A DNA stretch of 64,000 bases from an uncultured delta proteobacterium (GCA_963796685.1 CAWCMR010000009.1:224001-288000), one strand, 5' to 3'; counted from the stretch's first letter, positions 47,632 to 58,381 are shown. The notes: a model not told the origin generated them from the letters alone. A program made the numbers and translations.

Positions 47632-49334
47632 GGTATCCGCCGGTACAAGACGACGCCATCGCTGACCTCAGCCGGCCGATAGTGACGGTCGACGTAGGCG
47701 CGCAGCCTCGGGTAGCGCGCGAGCGGAAACTTGTCGTAGCCGTCCCAGCCAGCGGCGGCGGCGTCGACGAAAAGAGCGGGCCGCCGGCGCTCCAAGTCCG
47801 AGAACAACATGTCCCATGCGGCAGGCAGTTGGTTGCCATCGGCGTTCCACTGTCCGGTCTCGGTGGGCGTGCCGGGGCTCTCGCCGGTCATGTAGTTGCA
47901 GAACGAGAAGCGCGCGCCCATCGGACGGCGGGCCAGGACGTAGAGCTGCGGGGAGTTTCCCCAAACGAAGATGCGATCGTTCGGGCCGGTGATGGCGTCG
48001 ATGCGGGCGGCAACGTCATCGTAGGGCGGCTCGCTCTCGTCGAGAACGGCCGCGAGGGGCCTACCGACAGTGGCCAGCGCGAAAAAGAAGAGCGCTGGCC
48101 CTGCACACAACAGCGCGATGGGCACGCGATAGAATCGGCCCTTGCTCCAGAGTCGACAAAAGGCGGGGGCGGCCAATAGGCAAAGAGGCGCCAAGATCAG
48201 GTGGAAGTAGTGCCCAAAAAAGCGCCCACCGGCTGCCACGGCGATCGCGGAGGTCGCAAGCCAGAGCAAGCCCAGGACGGCCGAGGAGGACGGCGCATCG
48301 GCAACCCGGCGACGAATCACGCGAACCATGCCAGCCGACGTCGCAAGCGCAGCCACCAGGCCCAGGGCATAGGGCAAGAGCGCCACCCCACCGATGAGCC
48401 CGGTTCGGCGCAAGCCGCGAGCAAGCGCCCCAAGCCCTGTCAAGCCGTCGCCGACGTAAGAGAAGTTGAACTTGAACCAGTAGACCGCGGCCCAGGCGTT
48501 GCCGGCGGCCAAACACCCCAAGAGGTAAAGCCCGCCCGGTACCAGGGCTCCGGCCACGTGACACAGGGCCATCGTCGCGGCCCGTGCCCAGGAAATGCGT
48601 CCGAGGACCGCCCACCAGCAACCGAGCCCGATCGAGGCACCCAGAAAGGTGAGGCCTTGGTACTTGAACAGGGCCGAGACTCCGATGAGCACACCCACGC
48701 CCAGGTGGGTCGCCAACGCCAGCGGGCCTTGCCCGGCGGTGCTCGCCTCCGGGGTGGGCCCTATCTTCGGAAGACTTCGCAACAGCAGCCAGGCGGCGAT
48801 GGTCTGCGGCACCAGCAAGAACAGCTCGCAGTTCGCCGCGAGGGCATCGTAGTCGTGCCAAGTCGTAGAGAAGACGAGGAACAGACCCGCCGCTGCCAGC
48901 CCGGACCATCCCGCCTGGGGAGCCGGCCGGCCCGCAGCACGGGCGATCGCGAAGAGAAATCCCGCCGTGAGCAACACGGACAGGATGACCAAGGCGTGGG
49001 CTCCGTGCGTGTCGTAGCGCCCGAACAGCGCGAACCCTGCTTGGTAGACGTGGTAGATGAGCGGCGGCTTGTGGTCCACGACATCGCGATAGAGCAGGTC
49101 GCCGCGCGCCAGCGCGTCGGCGGTTGTGGCATAGATGGCTTCGTCGTCGGACAAGAGCGCCCGGCCAAAGGTCGGCAAGCGCAGGAGAGCCCCCAACGCG
49201 AAAATCGCGACCACCCACGCCTGGAACCTCCGCATGCGCGGCACCGACGGTTCTGCTGGCTCTTCGGCCTCTTCTTGCACGTTGCGCTTCCGGGTCGCCC
49301 TTTCGAGGGCCAACGCGGCGACGGAGTTTCGCAT
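47628..49334 (-). CDS. ArnT/PMT-like (GT-C) membrane glycosyltransferase
   Basis: SDDEAIY, LYRDVVDHKPP, ANCE, FK, FFGHYF; true start may be 49235-49280. Confidence 0.82.
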   Translation of the reverse strand: MRNSVAALALERATRKRNVQEEAEEPAEPSVPRMRRFQAWVVAIFALGALLRLPTFGRALLSDDEAIYATTADALARGDLLYRDVVDHKPPLIYHVYQAGFALFGRYDTHGAHALVILSVLLTAGFLFAIARAAGRPAPQAGWSGLAAAGLFLVFSTTWHDYDALAANCELFLLVPQTIAAWLLLRSLPKIGPTPEASTAGQGPLALATHLGVGVLIGVSALFKYQGLTFLGASIGLGCWWAVLGRISWARAATMALCHVAGALVPGGLYLLGCLAAGNAWAAVYWFKFNFSYVGDGLTGLGALARGLRRTGLIGGVALLPYALGLVAALATSAGMVRVIRRRVADAPSSSAVLGLLWLATSAIAVAAGGRFFGHYFHLILAPLCLLAAPAFCRLWSKGRFYRVPIALLCAGPALFFFALATVGRPLAAVLDESEPPYDDVAARIDAITGPNDRIFVWGNSPQLYVLARRPMGARFSFCNYMTGESPGTPTETGQWNADGNQLPAAWDMLFSDLERRRPALFVDAAAAGWDGYDKFPLARYPRLRAYVDRHYRPAEVSDGVVLYRRIP

Positions 49335-49624
49335 CGCCGCCCGGGCACCTCAAGCGCGAAACGGCCCCCATCGTCCCGCAATAGGCGCAGAAGGTCGTGG
49401 AGGTGGCCCGTCCTGCTTTTGCCTCTGCTCGGAGAACCTTCCGAGCTTCGTCAATAGAAACTTCGCGGGCGGGGATGACCCTTTTGTGCTTCTCGAAGGG
49501 CGGAAGGGCTCGCAGAGCACGTCTCGACCATGCACCATCAAACTTTTTTCACCTTGGCACAAAAGGCTTCGGATACTATCTGGGCCTCCTACAGACACGC
49601 ACCCAAACGAATGAAAGAGAAGAG

Positions 49625-50338
49625 ATGCGCAAAGTAAGCACACTCGTTGGTCTGACTCTATTCGCGCTGGCTGGCATGGCCCGCGCCCAAGAAGCCGCTC
49701 CTGGCGCTGCCGACCCTGCTCCACCCGTAGGCGACGCGGCCTCCACGCCGGCGCCCGCTGCGGCCTCGGCAGCGCCGCATGCCACCGAGGCGGTTGCCTC
49801 TACGCCCGCGTCTACGACTCCCGTGGTACCCCGAAAGAAGATTCAGGTCGGGCTCTCGTTCCTGCCGATGGCAGCGGGTACGTTCACCTCCTCGCCAGGG
49901 GGCCAGCCGAAAGCAGCCGACGCGGCGTTTGCGTACGGCTTTGGCCTCACGGCCTGCTATGAGGTCCTGCGCGGTTTGCTCGTGGGCATCGCACCGCAGC
50001 TGATCTACAGCGTGAAGGGCAAGACAGACCCGACAGCAGCGAAGCAACTCGATCTGATGTTACGTGTCGCGTACGCATATCAGCTTCTGGATGGGATCTC
50101 TGTGTATGCCGAAGGGCTTGGGGGATACTCGAAAATTCTTGCGCCTGTTGGCGATAGTCCTGCGGGACTGGTCTTGGCGTTTGGCGCCGGTGGTGCCATG
50201 GATCTCACGGACAGAATCTTCGCCAATTTGGGGTTGGGCTATGAAAAGGGTTTCCAGAACCGCACCCAGGATAGCGTCACGCTGCAAACCAGGACCCAGT
50301 ACGTTCGCGTGACCCTGGGCGGTGGCGTGAAATTCTAG
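49625..50338 (+). CDS. Small outer-membrane beta-barrel protein
   Basis: Signal peptide ..ARA-Q; Ala/Pro linker; about 8 amphipathic strands; ends GGGVKF. Confidence 0.78.
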   Translation: MRKVSTLVGLTLFALAGMARAQEAAPGAADPAPPVGDAASTPAPAAASAAPHATEAVASTPASTTPVVPRKKIQVGLSFLPMAAGTFTSSPGGQPKAADAAFAYGFGLTACYEVLRGLLVGIAPQLIYSVKGKTDPTAAKQLDLMLRVAYAYQLLDGISVYAEGLGGYSKILAPVGDSPAGLVLAFGAGGAMDLTDRIFANLGLGYEKGFQNRTQDSVTLQTRTQYVRVTLGGGVKF

Positions 50339-50413
50339 GCGCACCGAATGCGACGATCTCGATTCCCCGTCCCCCAAGACCCAAAGAACGCTGCCCTCGA
50401 TACTGGAGTTTTC

Positions 50414-52903
50414 ATGCCGAATACGAAGTCGTTCAAGCCGTTGCTGTTCCTTGCCGTCGGTGTGCTGGCCGCGCCGGCCTGCACCCTTCCCCCGCCCCCG
50501 AAAGGAAATCCGGGCGACGCCGGGCCGACTTTCGTCTGCCAGGACGATAACGTGGCGGTAGACGGCGGCCCGCTGATGAGCGGCGTCGATGCAGGCAGCA
50601 ACAACATCGACAACGTCGTCAAGGCTGTCCAGTGCACCGGCGACAATAGCGGTGCCGCCGCCGCCCTGTTCACATACGCGCCGGGCTACGAGACAGATCC
50701 CGCAGTGAAGAAGAAGGTGGACGACACGCTTAGCAGCATGACCCTCTGGGACGAGACTGAGCAGATGCGCGGGACACCATACGGAAATGCTTACGCGCTC
50801 AATACGACCGATGTGGAGCGCAGCGACGACACTCGCGACTACTCGCCTACCATTCGCGGTTTTCACTACCGCGATGCCTCACGCGGCATGAACCTTGCCG
50901 AAGACATCAGCGGCGTCCTGCCCAACGCCGGCACCATTGATGGAGCACCAGTCGGCTATTCCACGGTCTTCCCGGTCAGCATGGCCCGCGGCGCGGCCTT
51001 CGACCTCGATCTCGAGTACGCCATCGGCGAGGCCATCGGCGACGAGATGCAGGCAGCCCAGGAGACGCTGTTGCTTGCCCCGTGCATGAACCTGCTTCGC
51101 CACCCACTGTGGGGCCGTGCGCAGGAAACCTACGGCGAGGATCCCTTCCACCTCGGTCGCCTCGCCTCGGCCATGACGGTGGGCATCCAGCAGCACGTCG
51201 CGGCCAATGCCAAGCACTACATGGCCTACGACATCGAGAACCTACGTGCCTCGAACGAATCGGACATGGATGAGCAAACGCTCAGGGAGATCTACGGCCG
51301 CCACTTCCGCATGGTGGTACGGGACGGTGGCGTGGCCTCTGTCATGGCGTCTTACAACCTCGTAAACGGACTGAAGTCCACGCAGAACTACCACACTCTG
51401 ACCGAGGTCCTTCGCCAGGACTTTGGATTCAAGGGCTTCGTGCTCAGCGACTGGTGGGCCATGCCGGGCGGCAACTCGGTCGGCACTCCGACCACGCTCA
51501 AGACCACCGCGATCCAGGCCGTGCATGCCGGTTTGGACGTCGAGCTGGCATGGGCGCTCAACTACGGCCAGCTCGAAAACATCGTCGCCACCAATGGCGG
51601 TGTGACCAAGGCGGACATCGACGCGTCCGCCGGGCGCATCCTGGAACAGAAGTTCCGCTTCAAGGCCGACAGCACCAGCGGCAATGTGGGGCTCGGCACC
51701 CCCACGACCGCCTACGTCAACAGCAGAATTGTCTGCGATGCCAGCCACATGCGGCTCGCGCAGAAGGCCGCGCTCGAAAGCATGGTGTTGCTCAAGAACG
51801 ACAACAACACCCTTCCGATCAAGTCGTCGGTCAGCAAGGTGGCAGTCCTGGGTGCCACCGTGGCCTACACGACCACCTATAACACCGGGTCAAGCTATTC
51901 CACAATCGACTTCGCAAAAGACGCCAACACAGGCGACATGGGATCGAGCCGTGTCTTTCAAGATCCGGCAAAGTACGTCGGCCCCTTCGCTGGTATCGAT
52001 CAAACCAAGCCCAATAGCGACATCACCGTGGTATCCGGATCGACCGCCGACGTTGCGGCGGACGCCGATTTCATCGTCGTCGTCGCCGGGCTCACCCCGC
52101 GCGACGAGGGCGAGGAATATACCAACGCGGGCGATCGAGACACCTTGGCCCTGGACGGGAAACCGTACTCTTCCAAGTACCAGAACATTCAAAATAACCT
52201 CATCACGGCCGCAGCCGCCCTTGGAAAGCCCATGGTGGTCGTGCTCGAAGGCGGCAGCGTGATCGACATGCCCTGGCTATCCAACGTTCCCGCGGTGGTC
52301 ATGGCCTGGTATCCGGGCGAGGTCGGCGGCCTGGCACTCGGCCAGCTGCTGTGGGGCCAGGCCAATTTCAGCGGCAAGTTGCCCTTCACCTGGGGACAGC
52401 TCAGCCAATATGAGACGTTCAATGGCGGCGGCAAGACGACCTTCAACTATTACGTCGGCTATCGCTACTTCGACTACACGGGTAAGACGCCGATCTTTCC
52501 ATTTGGATACGGGTTGAACTACACGCAATTCGAGTACCGCAAGCTCCAGCTCGGGTGCTCGGACATGAGCCAAGGGGCAGTCCTGCCCGTTGTCGTCAAT
52601 GTTGCCAACACCGGCACGATGGCAGGTGACGAGATCGTCATGGTTTTCGTATCCTTCCCCGAAACCACCGCGCGGCGGGCTCCCAAGGAGCTGAAGGGCT
52701 TTGCGCGCGTCAGCCTGGGCGCGGGCGAAGAAAAGCAAATCACGATTCCGATTCGCCTCTCGGACCTCGACTACTTCCAACAGGATTCCTCTACCGCGAC
52801 CACGGGCAAATGGGTCGTGGAAAGCGGTGACATCAAGATCATGGTTGGCGGCAGCTCCACGAACCTCCCGCTGTCGGGAACCGTGAAGGTCAACGGATAC
52901 TAG
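50414..52903 (+). CDS. GH3 beta-glucosidase/beta-xylosidase lipoprotein with Fn3-like C-terminus
   Basis: WGRAQETYGEDP, KHY, VMASYN, GFVLSDW, VLLKN, FPFGYGL, KELKGF. Confidence 0.93.
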   Translation: MPNTKSFKPLLFLAVGVLAAPACTLPPPPKGNPGDAGPTFVCQDDNVAVDGGPLMSGVDAGSNNIDNVVKAVQCTGDNSGAAAALFTYAPGYETDPAVKKKVDDTLSSMTLWDETEQMRGTPYGNAYALNTTDVERSDDTRDYSPTIRGFHYRDASRGMNLAEDISGVLPNAGTIDGAPVGYSTVFPVSMARGAAFDLDLEYAIGEAIGDEMQAAQETLLLAPCMNLLRHPLWGRAQETYGEDPFHLGRLASAMTVGIQQHVAANAKHYMAYDIENLRASNESDMDEQTLREIYGRHFRMVVRDGGVASVMASYNLVNGLKSTQNYHTLTEVLRQDFGFKGFVLSDWWAMPGGNSVGTPTTLKTTAIQAVHAGLDVELAWALNYGQLENIVATNGGVTKADIDASAGRILEQKFRFKADSTSGNVGLGTPTTAYVNSRIVCDASHMRLAQKAALESMVLLKNDNNTLPIKSSVSKVAVLGATVAYTTTYNTGSSYSTIDFAKDANTGDMGSSRVFQDPAKYVGPFAGIDQTKPNSDITVVSGSTADVAADADFIVVVAGLTPRDEGEEYTNAGDRDTLALDGKPYSSKYQNIQNNLITAAAALGKPMVVVLEGGSVIDMPWLSNVPAVVMAWYPGEVGGLALGQLLWGQANFSGKLPFTWGQLSQYETFNGGGKTTFNYYVGYRYFDYTGKTPIFPFGYGLNYTQFEYRKLQLGCSDMSQGAVLPVVVNVANTGTMAGDEIVMVFVSFPETTARRAPKELKGFARVSLGAGEEKQITIPIRLSDLDYFQQDSSTATTGKWVVESGDIKIMVGGSSTNLPLSGTVKVNGY

Positions 52904-52941
52904 GGCCGAGTCTTGCAACGAACGTCTATCGGATACATCCC

Positions 52942-54451
52942 ATGACAACACGTCCTTCCTTCGCCAAGTCCCTTTCCAGTGTTCTGGCCGTCCTGGCTCT
53001 TCAAGGTTGGTCCGCGACGGCCTCCGCAGAAGACCAGCCCACGGCGACCAAGGACCAAGCGGTTGCCGCGTCCGAACCAGCCCCCGCGAAAGTCACGTCC
53101 GTGACTACACCACCGACACCGGCTGCCCCGGCGGCGACGGCAGCTTCTACGAAGGTTGCCGCCCCGAGCGCGGATGGCCAAGGAGGCCAGCCCGCCCCGG
53201 ATTCGCCAGCCGTTACCGAGATTGGCATCCAGCGCTTGCCCGGATCGGCCTACCCCGAGCCGCAGACCCGAGGGCTCATGTACGGTTCGCTGTGGCTGAC
53301 CTTCCACGGGCTGCAATGGCCCTACATGCCTGCGACGGCCAAGGGCTCACGCTTCGTGCTCGGGTTGTCCGGGTGGGGGTGGGTGGACACCTCGTACGAG
53401 AAGTTCGGCCCGTGGACCCCTCCCAATGTCTCGATTGCCGCGCTCGGCCAGAGCAATGTCAAATATTGGATCCAGCAGTCGCGCATGCTGCTGCGATTGA
53501 CGCCCACCTACGCACTCGACGATGGCTGGTTCGTCCAGGGCCAAGCCGAGCTCGTCGCCACCGAGGATCAAAGCGCCAATCGCTCGGCGATCGGCGGCGC
53601 CGATACCGACGATCTATGGTTACGCATCGGCCAGTGGAACACGTGGGACTTCCAGGTCGGTCGTTTCGAGGGTTGGGAGGTTTTTCACCTCGGCATGGGT
53701 CTCGACCAGAACACCTTCGAGCGACAAGGAGCAAACGGTATCTATGAGTCCGGCTCCTATCCCATCCAGTTCTATGGCCTTACGGACAACCAATTCCGTC
53801 CCCCGGGCGCTGCCGGCAACATGGCCGTGCACTACTATCCCTTTCGGTTCCTCCGTTTCGAGCTCCTCGGCACTGCCGGAAGCCTGGGCTCGACTCCCAT
53901 CCTGGCGACGCGTCCGGTGGCCATCCTCGACTTCGGCTGGCTCAAGCTCAAGGGCGGCGTGGAATATCAACGCTTGACTAACCAGCAGGCGAGCCAAGCC
54001 CTGTTCAAGAAGACCTCCAAAGGCGTCGGAGGGGCGGTTCAGTTCGTCTTCCAGCCGCACATCGAGTTTGGGCTCAACGCCGCCCAAGGAACCGTCTGGA
54101 GCATCGATGCCTCCGGAAGGGAAGACCTCAAGGGTAGTCTCACACGGACCAGCTTTGGCGGATTCGCCAACGTCTCGAACGGTAGTATCAAGCACCCACT
54201 CATCTTCGGTGTGGGAGGGCTCTACACGCACACCGAGGACCAGAACAACATCCTTGGCGATGGCGTGGTGGACAAATACTGGCTCTTCCAGGGTTTTGCC
54301 GCCGTCCAATACGTCGCTTTCCAACAGACTGTATATCAAGCTCGTAGGTGGCTACTCGAGGGGCAATTGGCTCACGGCTGGGCACACTCCTCTCGTTCAA
54401 TGGGATGACGAGGTGTACAGCGTCCGGCTCCGGTTCTCGTTCTATTTCTAG
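52942..54451 (+). CDS. Putative outer-membrane porin (apparent +1 frameshift near 54328)
   Basis: Signal peptide; many amphipathic strands; the shifted frame continues LYIKLVGGYSRG...YSVRLRFSFYF*, a beta-signal ending. Confidence 0.68.
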
Positions 54452-55028
54452 TTATTTCGCCCGCCTCGCCGAGAGGCCACCAGCAGGCAACGGAGGATTG
54501 GACTATGGTTTCGATGTCGGAAAAGCGACCATCGGCCATCCTGCGTTGCGCTTTCCCGTGGCTCGCGCTCGCCTTCACCTGGCCCCCGAGGACGGCCGAT
54601 CACCCGCCTGCTCGCCCCTCCGACGAAACAGCGTCAGGCTTCCCCACGCTTCGACGAACGTGCCGTCCACGGGTAAAGCACGTATAACACAATACGTCGA
54701 CGCTTCAGGGCCTAGTCAGGCAATCACTTGATTCGCCGGATGGGGTACTTTCGCCATGCCCACTTCTTCAAGCATGTGAGCACGATGCGGCCTCAGGGAT
54801 CGCGATCATCATCCAATCTTGCCTCAATTTGACCACGCTCCCGACGCCTCATTGTGTCACCCGGGCAACCTACGCTGCGACGATGCCGTCAGGATGCTCG
54901 CATGCGTTTCCTTGCTAGACGCACTGTTCTTTCATACTTGACAAGCAGAGCCATATCGTCGAGTCTACACGCGTTGTAGCCGCGGTCCCCGGCCCTGGGA
55001 TCGGAAGTTCGCCGCAAGGAGAAACTAG

Positions 55029-55754
55029 ATGACACGAACGATAAGGTTACTGTTAGGACTGCTCGTCTCGCTGATCTGCTTCAGCAGCCCCGCTCAGGTG
55101 TTCGCAGCCACGGGTGCTCAGTATGGAACACCGCCGAGCGGCTGCTCAGGCAATCCCCCTAACAACACGGCATATCTCTGGACCGGGACCGGTTACAGCG
55201 GCACTTGCTACATGATCAACGTCGACAACTACTCTGACACGTGGGCCAGCTGGGACGCATCGACTGGGTTCCCGAATGATTCCATAAAGTCAGTTAAGGT
55301 GGGTGCGAACGCTCACCTCGTCCTCTTCTGGAATGGCTTCTACACGCAAGACAACGGCCAGCCCTTTCTGATTCCGGGGTCTCAGTGCACGTCCAACTGT
55401 AGTGACTTGGGAAGCTGGAAAAACCAAGTCTCGGCCGTACGCATCCAGACATTTGTCACATGCGGTGGTAGCGAGAAACTAGCTCTCTTCGCAGATCCCA
55501 ATTGGGGTGGAGACTGCACGATGCTTCCATTCCCTAACTACTACACCGATCCCGTTGCAATGGGTTTTCGCAACGATACCGTAACCGGCCTAATTAATAC
55601 GAGCGCACAGAACACCGCTTGCATCTTTGCTAATGTAGGCTTCGGTAGTCCGTTGACCACATTTGGTCCGGGATATTTGAACTCGAATCTCACGGGTCTT
55701 GGTTGGAATGACTTAGTGTCCGCCGTCAAGCTTACGGCTCAGTGCTGGAGGTAG
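55029..55754 (+). CDS. Secreted beta/gamma-crystallin-like (Protein S-type) protein
   Basis: Signal peptide; four Greek-key motifs (FPNDSIKSVKV, WKNQVSAVRI, FRNDTVTGL, WNDLVSAVKL); RBS AAGGAG. Confidence 0.75.
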   Translation: MTRTIRLLLGLLVSLICFSSPAQVFAATGAQYGTPPSGCSGNPPNNTAYLWTGTGYSGTCYMINVDNYSDTWASWDASTGFPNDSIKSVKVGANAHLVLFWNGFYTQDNGQPFLIPGSQCTSNCSDLGSWKNQVSAVRIQTFVTCGGSEKLALFADPNWGGDCTMLPFPNYYTDPVAMGFRNDTVTGLINTSAQNTACIFANVGFGSPLTTFGPGYLNSNLTGLGWNDLVSAVKLTAQCWR

Positions 55755-55852
55755 AACCCTCTCTCCGCTTTGGATAGAGGCTCTAACCGGGGACCTGTTC
55801 AGACGTCTGCAAGCAATGGTCGGATAGGTCCCTGCGGTCTTAGTATGGAGGA

Positions 55853-56464
55853 ATGACGATGGGACGAGGACGCGGGCCACTGTATTCCATTCTATTGGTT
55901 CCTCTTCTGTTGTTGTTGTTGTTCGTCGCCAGCTACTTAGGTCTCAAGTCTCGCGGGAAAGCTGATGTAACGACGCCATCGAGCGATTCCGAATCCTCGT
56001 CAGTCAAGTCGCCGGGTTCTGGCTTCCCGGCCAGGGGGCCAAGGTTAGCACTGCCAATGATCAATCCGAGTAGCCCGCCAAAGGAATCGGACCAGAAATC
56101 TGGCGAAGCTGAGCTCGGTCGATCAGCGCGTGAAGAAGCTGCCAGTCAGGAGCGTGCGCTCATGGCCAAGACCTGGAACATGAGCGACGAGCAATATCAG
56201 GCCTTCGAGGCAGCCGCCACCGCGGTGCCCCATTGGGAACGAAGGGCTGTATATGAGCGGTTCCTTAGGGGCGAGATAGATCGAGAGCAACTCAACAAAG
56301 AACTTCCCGAGGCAGATGCCCGCGACAGCAAGCAGCTTCGTGAGGCGCTAGGAACACACTATCAGGAGTATGAGTTGATGCGCGGTCACTTCGCCGAGGC
56401 CGGGCTGGACCACAAGCCGTTCGAGCCACCGACGAGCGACCCAGTGTCACCGCAGGGACCGTAG
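55853..56464 (+). CDS. Hypothetical protein with N-terminal membrane anchor
   Basis: GGAGG RBS; single TM, Ser/Pro linker, helical C-terminus; no recognised family. Confidence 0.6.
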   Translation: MTMGRGRGPLYSILLVPLLLLLLFVASYLGLKSRGKADVTTPSSDSESSSVKSPGSGFPARGPRLALPMINPSSPPKESDQKSGEAELGRSAREEAASQERALMAKTWNMSDEQYQAFEAAATAVPHWERRAVYERFLRGEIDREQLNKELPEADARDSKQLREALGTHYQEYELMRGHFAEAGLDHKPFEPPTSDPVSPQGP

Positions 56465-56544
56465 TTTGGTAGATGTTTATGAACAGGAATGACTCGGACG
56501 TCGCACCCAGGTCGGAGGTGCAAGATCCGCACTTACACTAGCTA

Positions 56545-58316
56545 GAGCCTGTCGGGAAATTCGGTGAGCCGAGCGCGATGTCGGGCCATCCCACGCCGCC
56601 AGCGCGGCCAACTTCCCGATTTTGCTCGTAGGGGACCACGCCCCCCAGCTTTCCACTCATACCGCCAAGGCAATCCCCTTCTTTCCGGCAACACCCCGAT
56701 ACAGCTTGGTGAGGTTCAGCCCAAGCACAGCTCGTTGGCCGCATAGTCCCATCATCGCGGTTGAGCGTGCCGCTGGACGGTTGAATCCATATTTGGGGCA
56801 CTTGATGGTGCCAATCGACCCTTCGACCATCGCCCGCTCTCTGATGAGGCGGTCCTTCACTTTGCCCTCGACTTCCCACGGCGTGCGGCCTCGGGGGGCC
56901 AATCCAATATCGCGAACGCCAAGCTTGCGAAGTCGCTTCACGTTCTCTGTGCTGTACCCACCCCGGTCGTACGCGTAGGCACGCGGTGCCTTCCCGAACA
57001 TCCCCGCGAGATCTTCGACTGCGCGTACGGCGTAGCTGGAATCCGTGAAATCGGTCTTCGTCCCGGCCATGGTCGCAAGTACGAAGCCGCCACGCAGTCG
57101 TGTGATCCCCCACGACAGCCCGAACTCGACCGACTTGCCCACTTTGCCGCGCACGATCGAGTACACCTGGGGAATGTGTAGGTTGATGATCTTGCCGGCC
57201 GCGACGAAGCCGGTGCGCAGCCAGTGACGGATCTGCGGAATCAACTTGCCCATCGTTACGTGTAATTCTGCGAGCTTGCGTTGTGCGACCACGGCATGAC
57301 GACGGAGCTTGCATCCCTGCGCCGAGGCAGCCGCGATCGCCTTGCCCAGATCCTGATTGATCCCTTCGATGATCTTGGTCATCTGCGCGACCATCCGATC
57401 CTTGGCAGCCTTGGTCTTGCCTTTGGCAAACAGACGATACTTGCGCACGTGCTCCTTGGCTGCTCGAAGCTTGCCGTGCACCTTGCCCAGAAAACTCTGA
57501 AATCCCTGTCCCGCTCTCTTTGCCGCTGCTGCGATGGATTTGACGAAGCCACCGAGCAATCCCATCTCGTTGGGATGCGGAATCGCCGCTTCCTGTGCCG
57601 TCATGTCGGCCACTGCGACCTTGGGGTCGGCAAGGCCCAGCGCTACCGCCTGTTTCACCACCGCCTCGTTGATCAGCCTGCATCCGTCTTCGCCCAGAAG
57701 CTGCGCAAAATCCTGGATCGTCGTGAAGTCCGGTGTCCAGTCCGTCTCGGTCAATCCGCATAGATATCGCGCCGGCGCGTAGTACCGGATTTGCTCTTCC
57801 GCCTCGCGGTAGGGCATTTTGCGAATTGCCATCAGCGTCAGCGCTCCGAGTGTCGCGCGCAAGTTCGGCGGGCGTCCCGCCGCGTTCTTGAGCTTCTTGG
57901 CGCGGACCTTCTCGGCCTGCGCCTCCATCTCGGTCCAGTCCACCGTGTCGGTCAGCACCACCATCGGATGATTGTCGGGCAATGGAATCGCGGGCCGTTT
58001 CGAACGAGGAAACAGGTCGGGCTGGCTGTTGCCGCCCCGGCGTCGTGCTGACATCACAGACCTCCTTGGTCACACTTTCCATCAGCCACATTTCGTCGCC
58101 GTTGTCGATCCCCCATCGAAGAAAAATCCGCGAAATCCGACGGTCTATCGCGAGAGAGCTGGCCGGGGAGCGGTGGACCGGCCAGCGTAGCCGTGAGCGG
58201 TAGGGTGAGCGTGTTCGGCCAGCGGATCGCGGGGCGCGTGGGCGACACCCGTGAGCGTGTGCGGCCCGCAGCTTGCGTGCCGCGAGCCGGGTCGCCGGGA
58301 ATTTCCCGACAAGCTC
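56545..58316 (-). mobile_element. IS5-family insertion sequence
   Basis: 18-bp TIRs GAGCCTGTCGGGAAATTC / GAATTTCCCGACAAGCTC (17/18 match); CTAG context on both sides. Confidence 0.9.
56657..58057 (-). CDS. IS5-family DDE transposase
   Basis: HP...L...VDW; DMT; IVRGK.GKSVEFG; YDRGG; RAMVEGSIGTIK. Confidence 0.9.
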   Translation of the reverse strand: MMSARRRGGNSQPDLFPRSKRPAIPLPDNHPMVVLTDTVDWTEMEAQAEKVRAKKLKNAAGRPPNLRATLGALTLMAIRKMPYREAEEQIRYYAPARYLCGLTETDWTPDFTTIQDFAQLLGEDGCRLINEAVVKQAVALGLADPKVAVADMTAQEAAIPHPNEMGLLGGFVKSIAAAAKRAGQGFQSFLGKVHGKLRAAKEHVRKYRLFAKGKTKAAKDRMVAQMTKIIEGINQDLGKAIAAASAQGCKLRRHAVVAQRKLAELHVTMGKLIPQIRHWLRTGFVAAGKIINLHIPQVYSIVRGKVGKSVEFGLSWGITRLRGGFVLATMAGTKTDFTDSSYAVRAVEDLAGMFGKAPRAYAYDRGGYSTENVKRLRKLGVRDIGLAPRGRTPWEVEGKVKDRLIRERAMVEGSIGTIKCPKYGFNRPAARSTAMMGLCGQRAVLGLNLTKLYRGVAGKKGIALAV

Positions 58317-58346
58317 TAGCTAGGCGGTTGTTCTACCGGCGGCAGC

Positions 58347-58381
58347 AAAAACCCCGCGGCAGCTTGGCGGCCACCGCGGGG
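58347..58381 (-). terminator. Rho-independent terminator of the xyl operon
   Basis: Minus strand CCCCGCGG..CCGCGGGG stem followed by TTTTT, 27 bp after the xylA stop. Confidence 0.65.

Noticed and set aside
49553-49572. TGGCAC boxes at about 49555 and 11279 as sigma54 promoters
   Set aside because: No GC at the required GG-N10-GC spacing.
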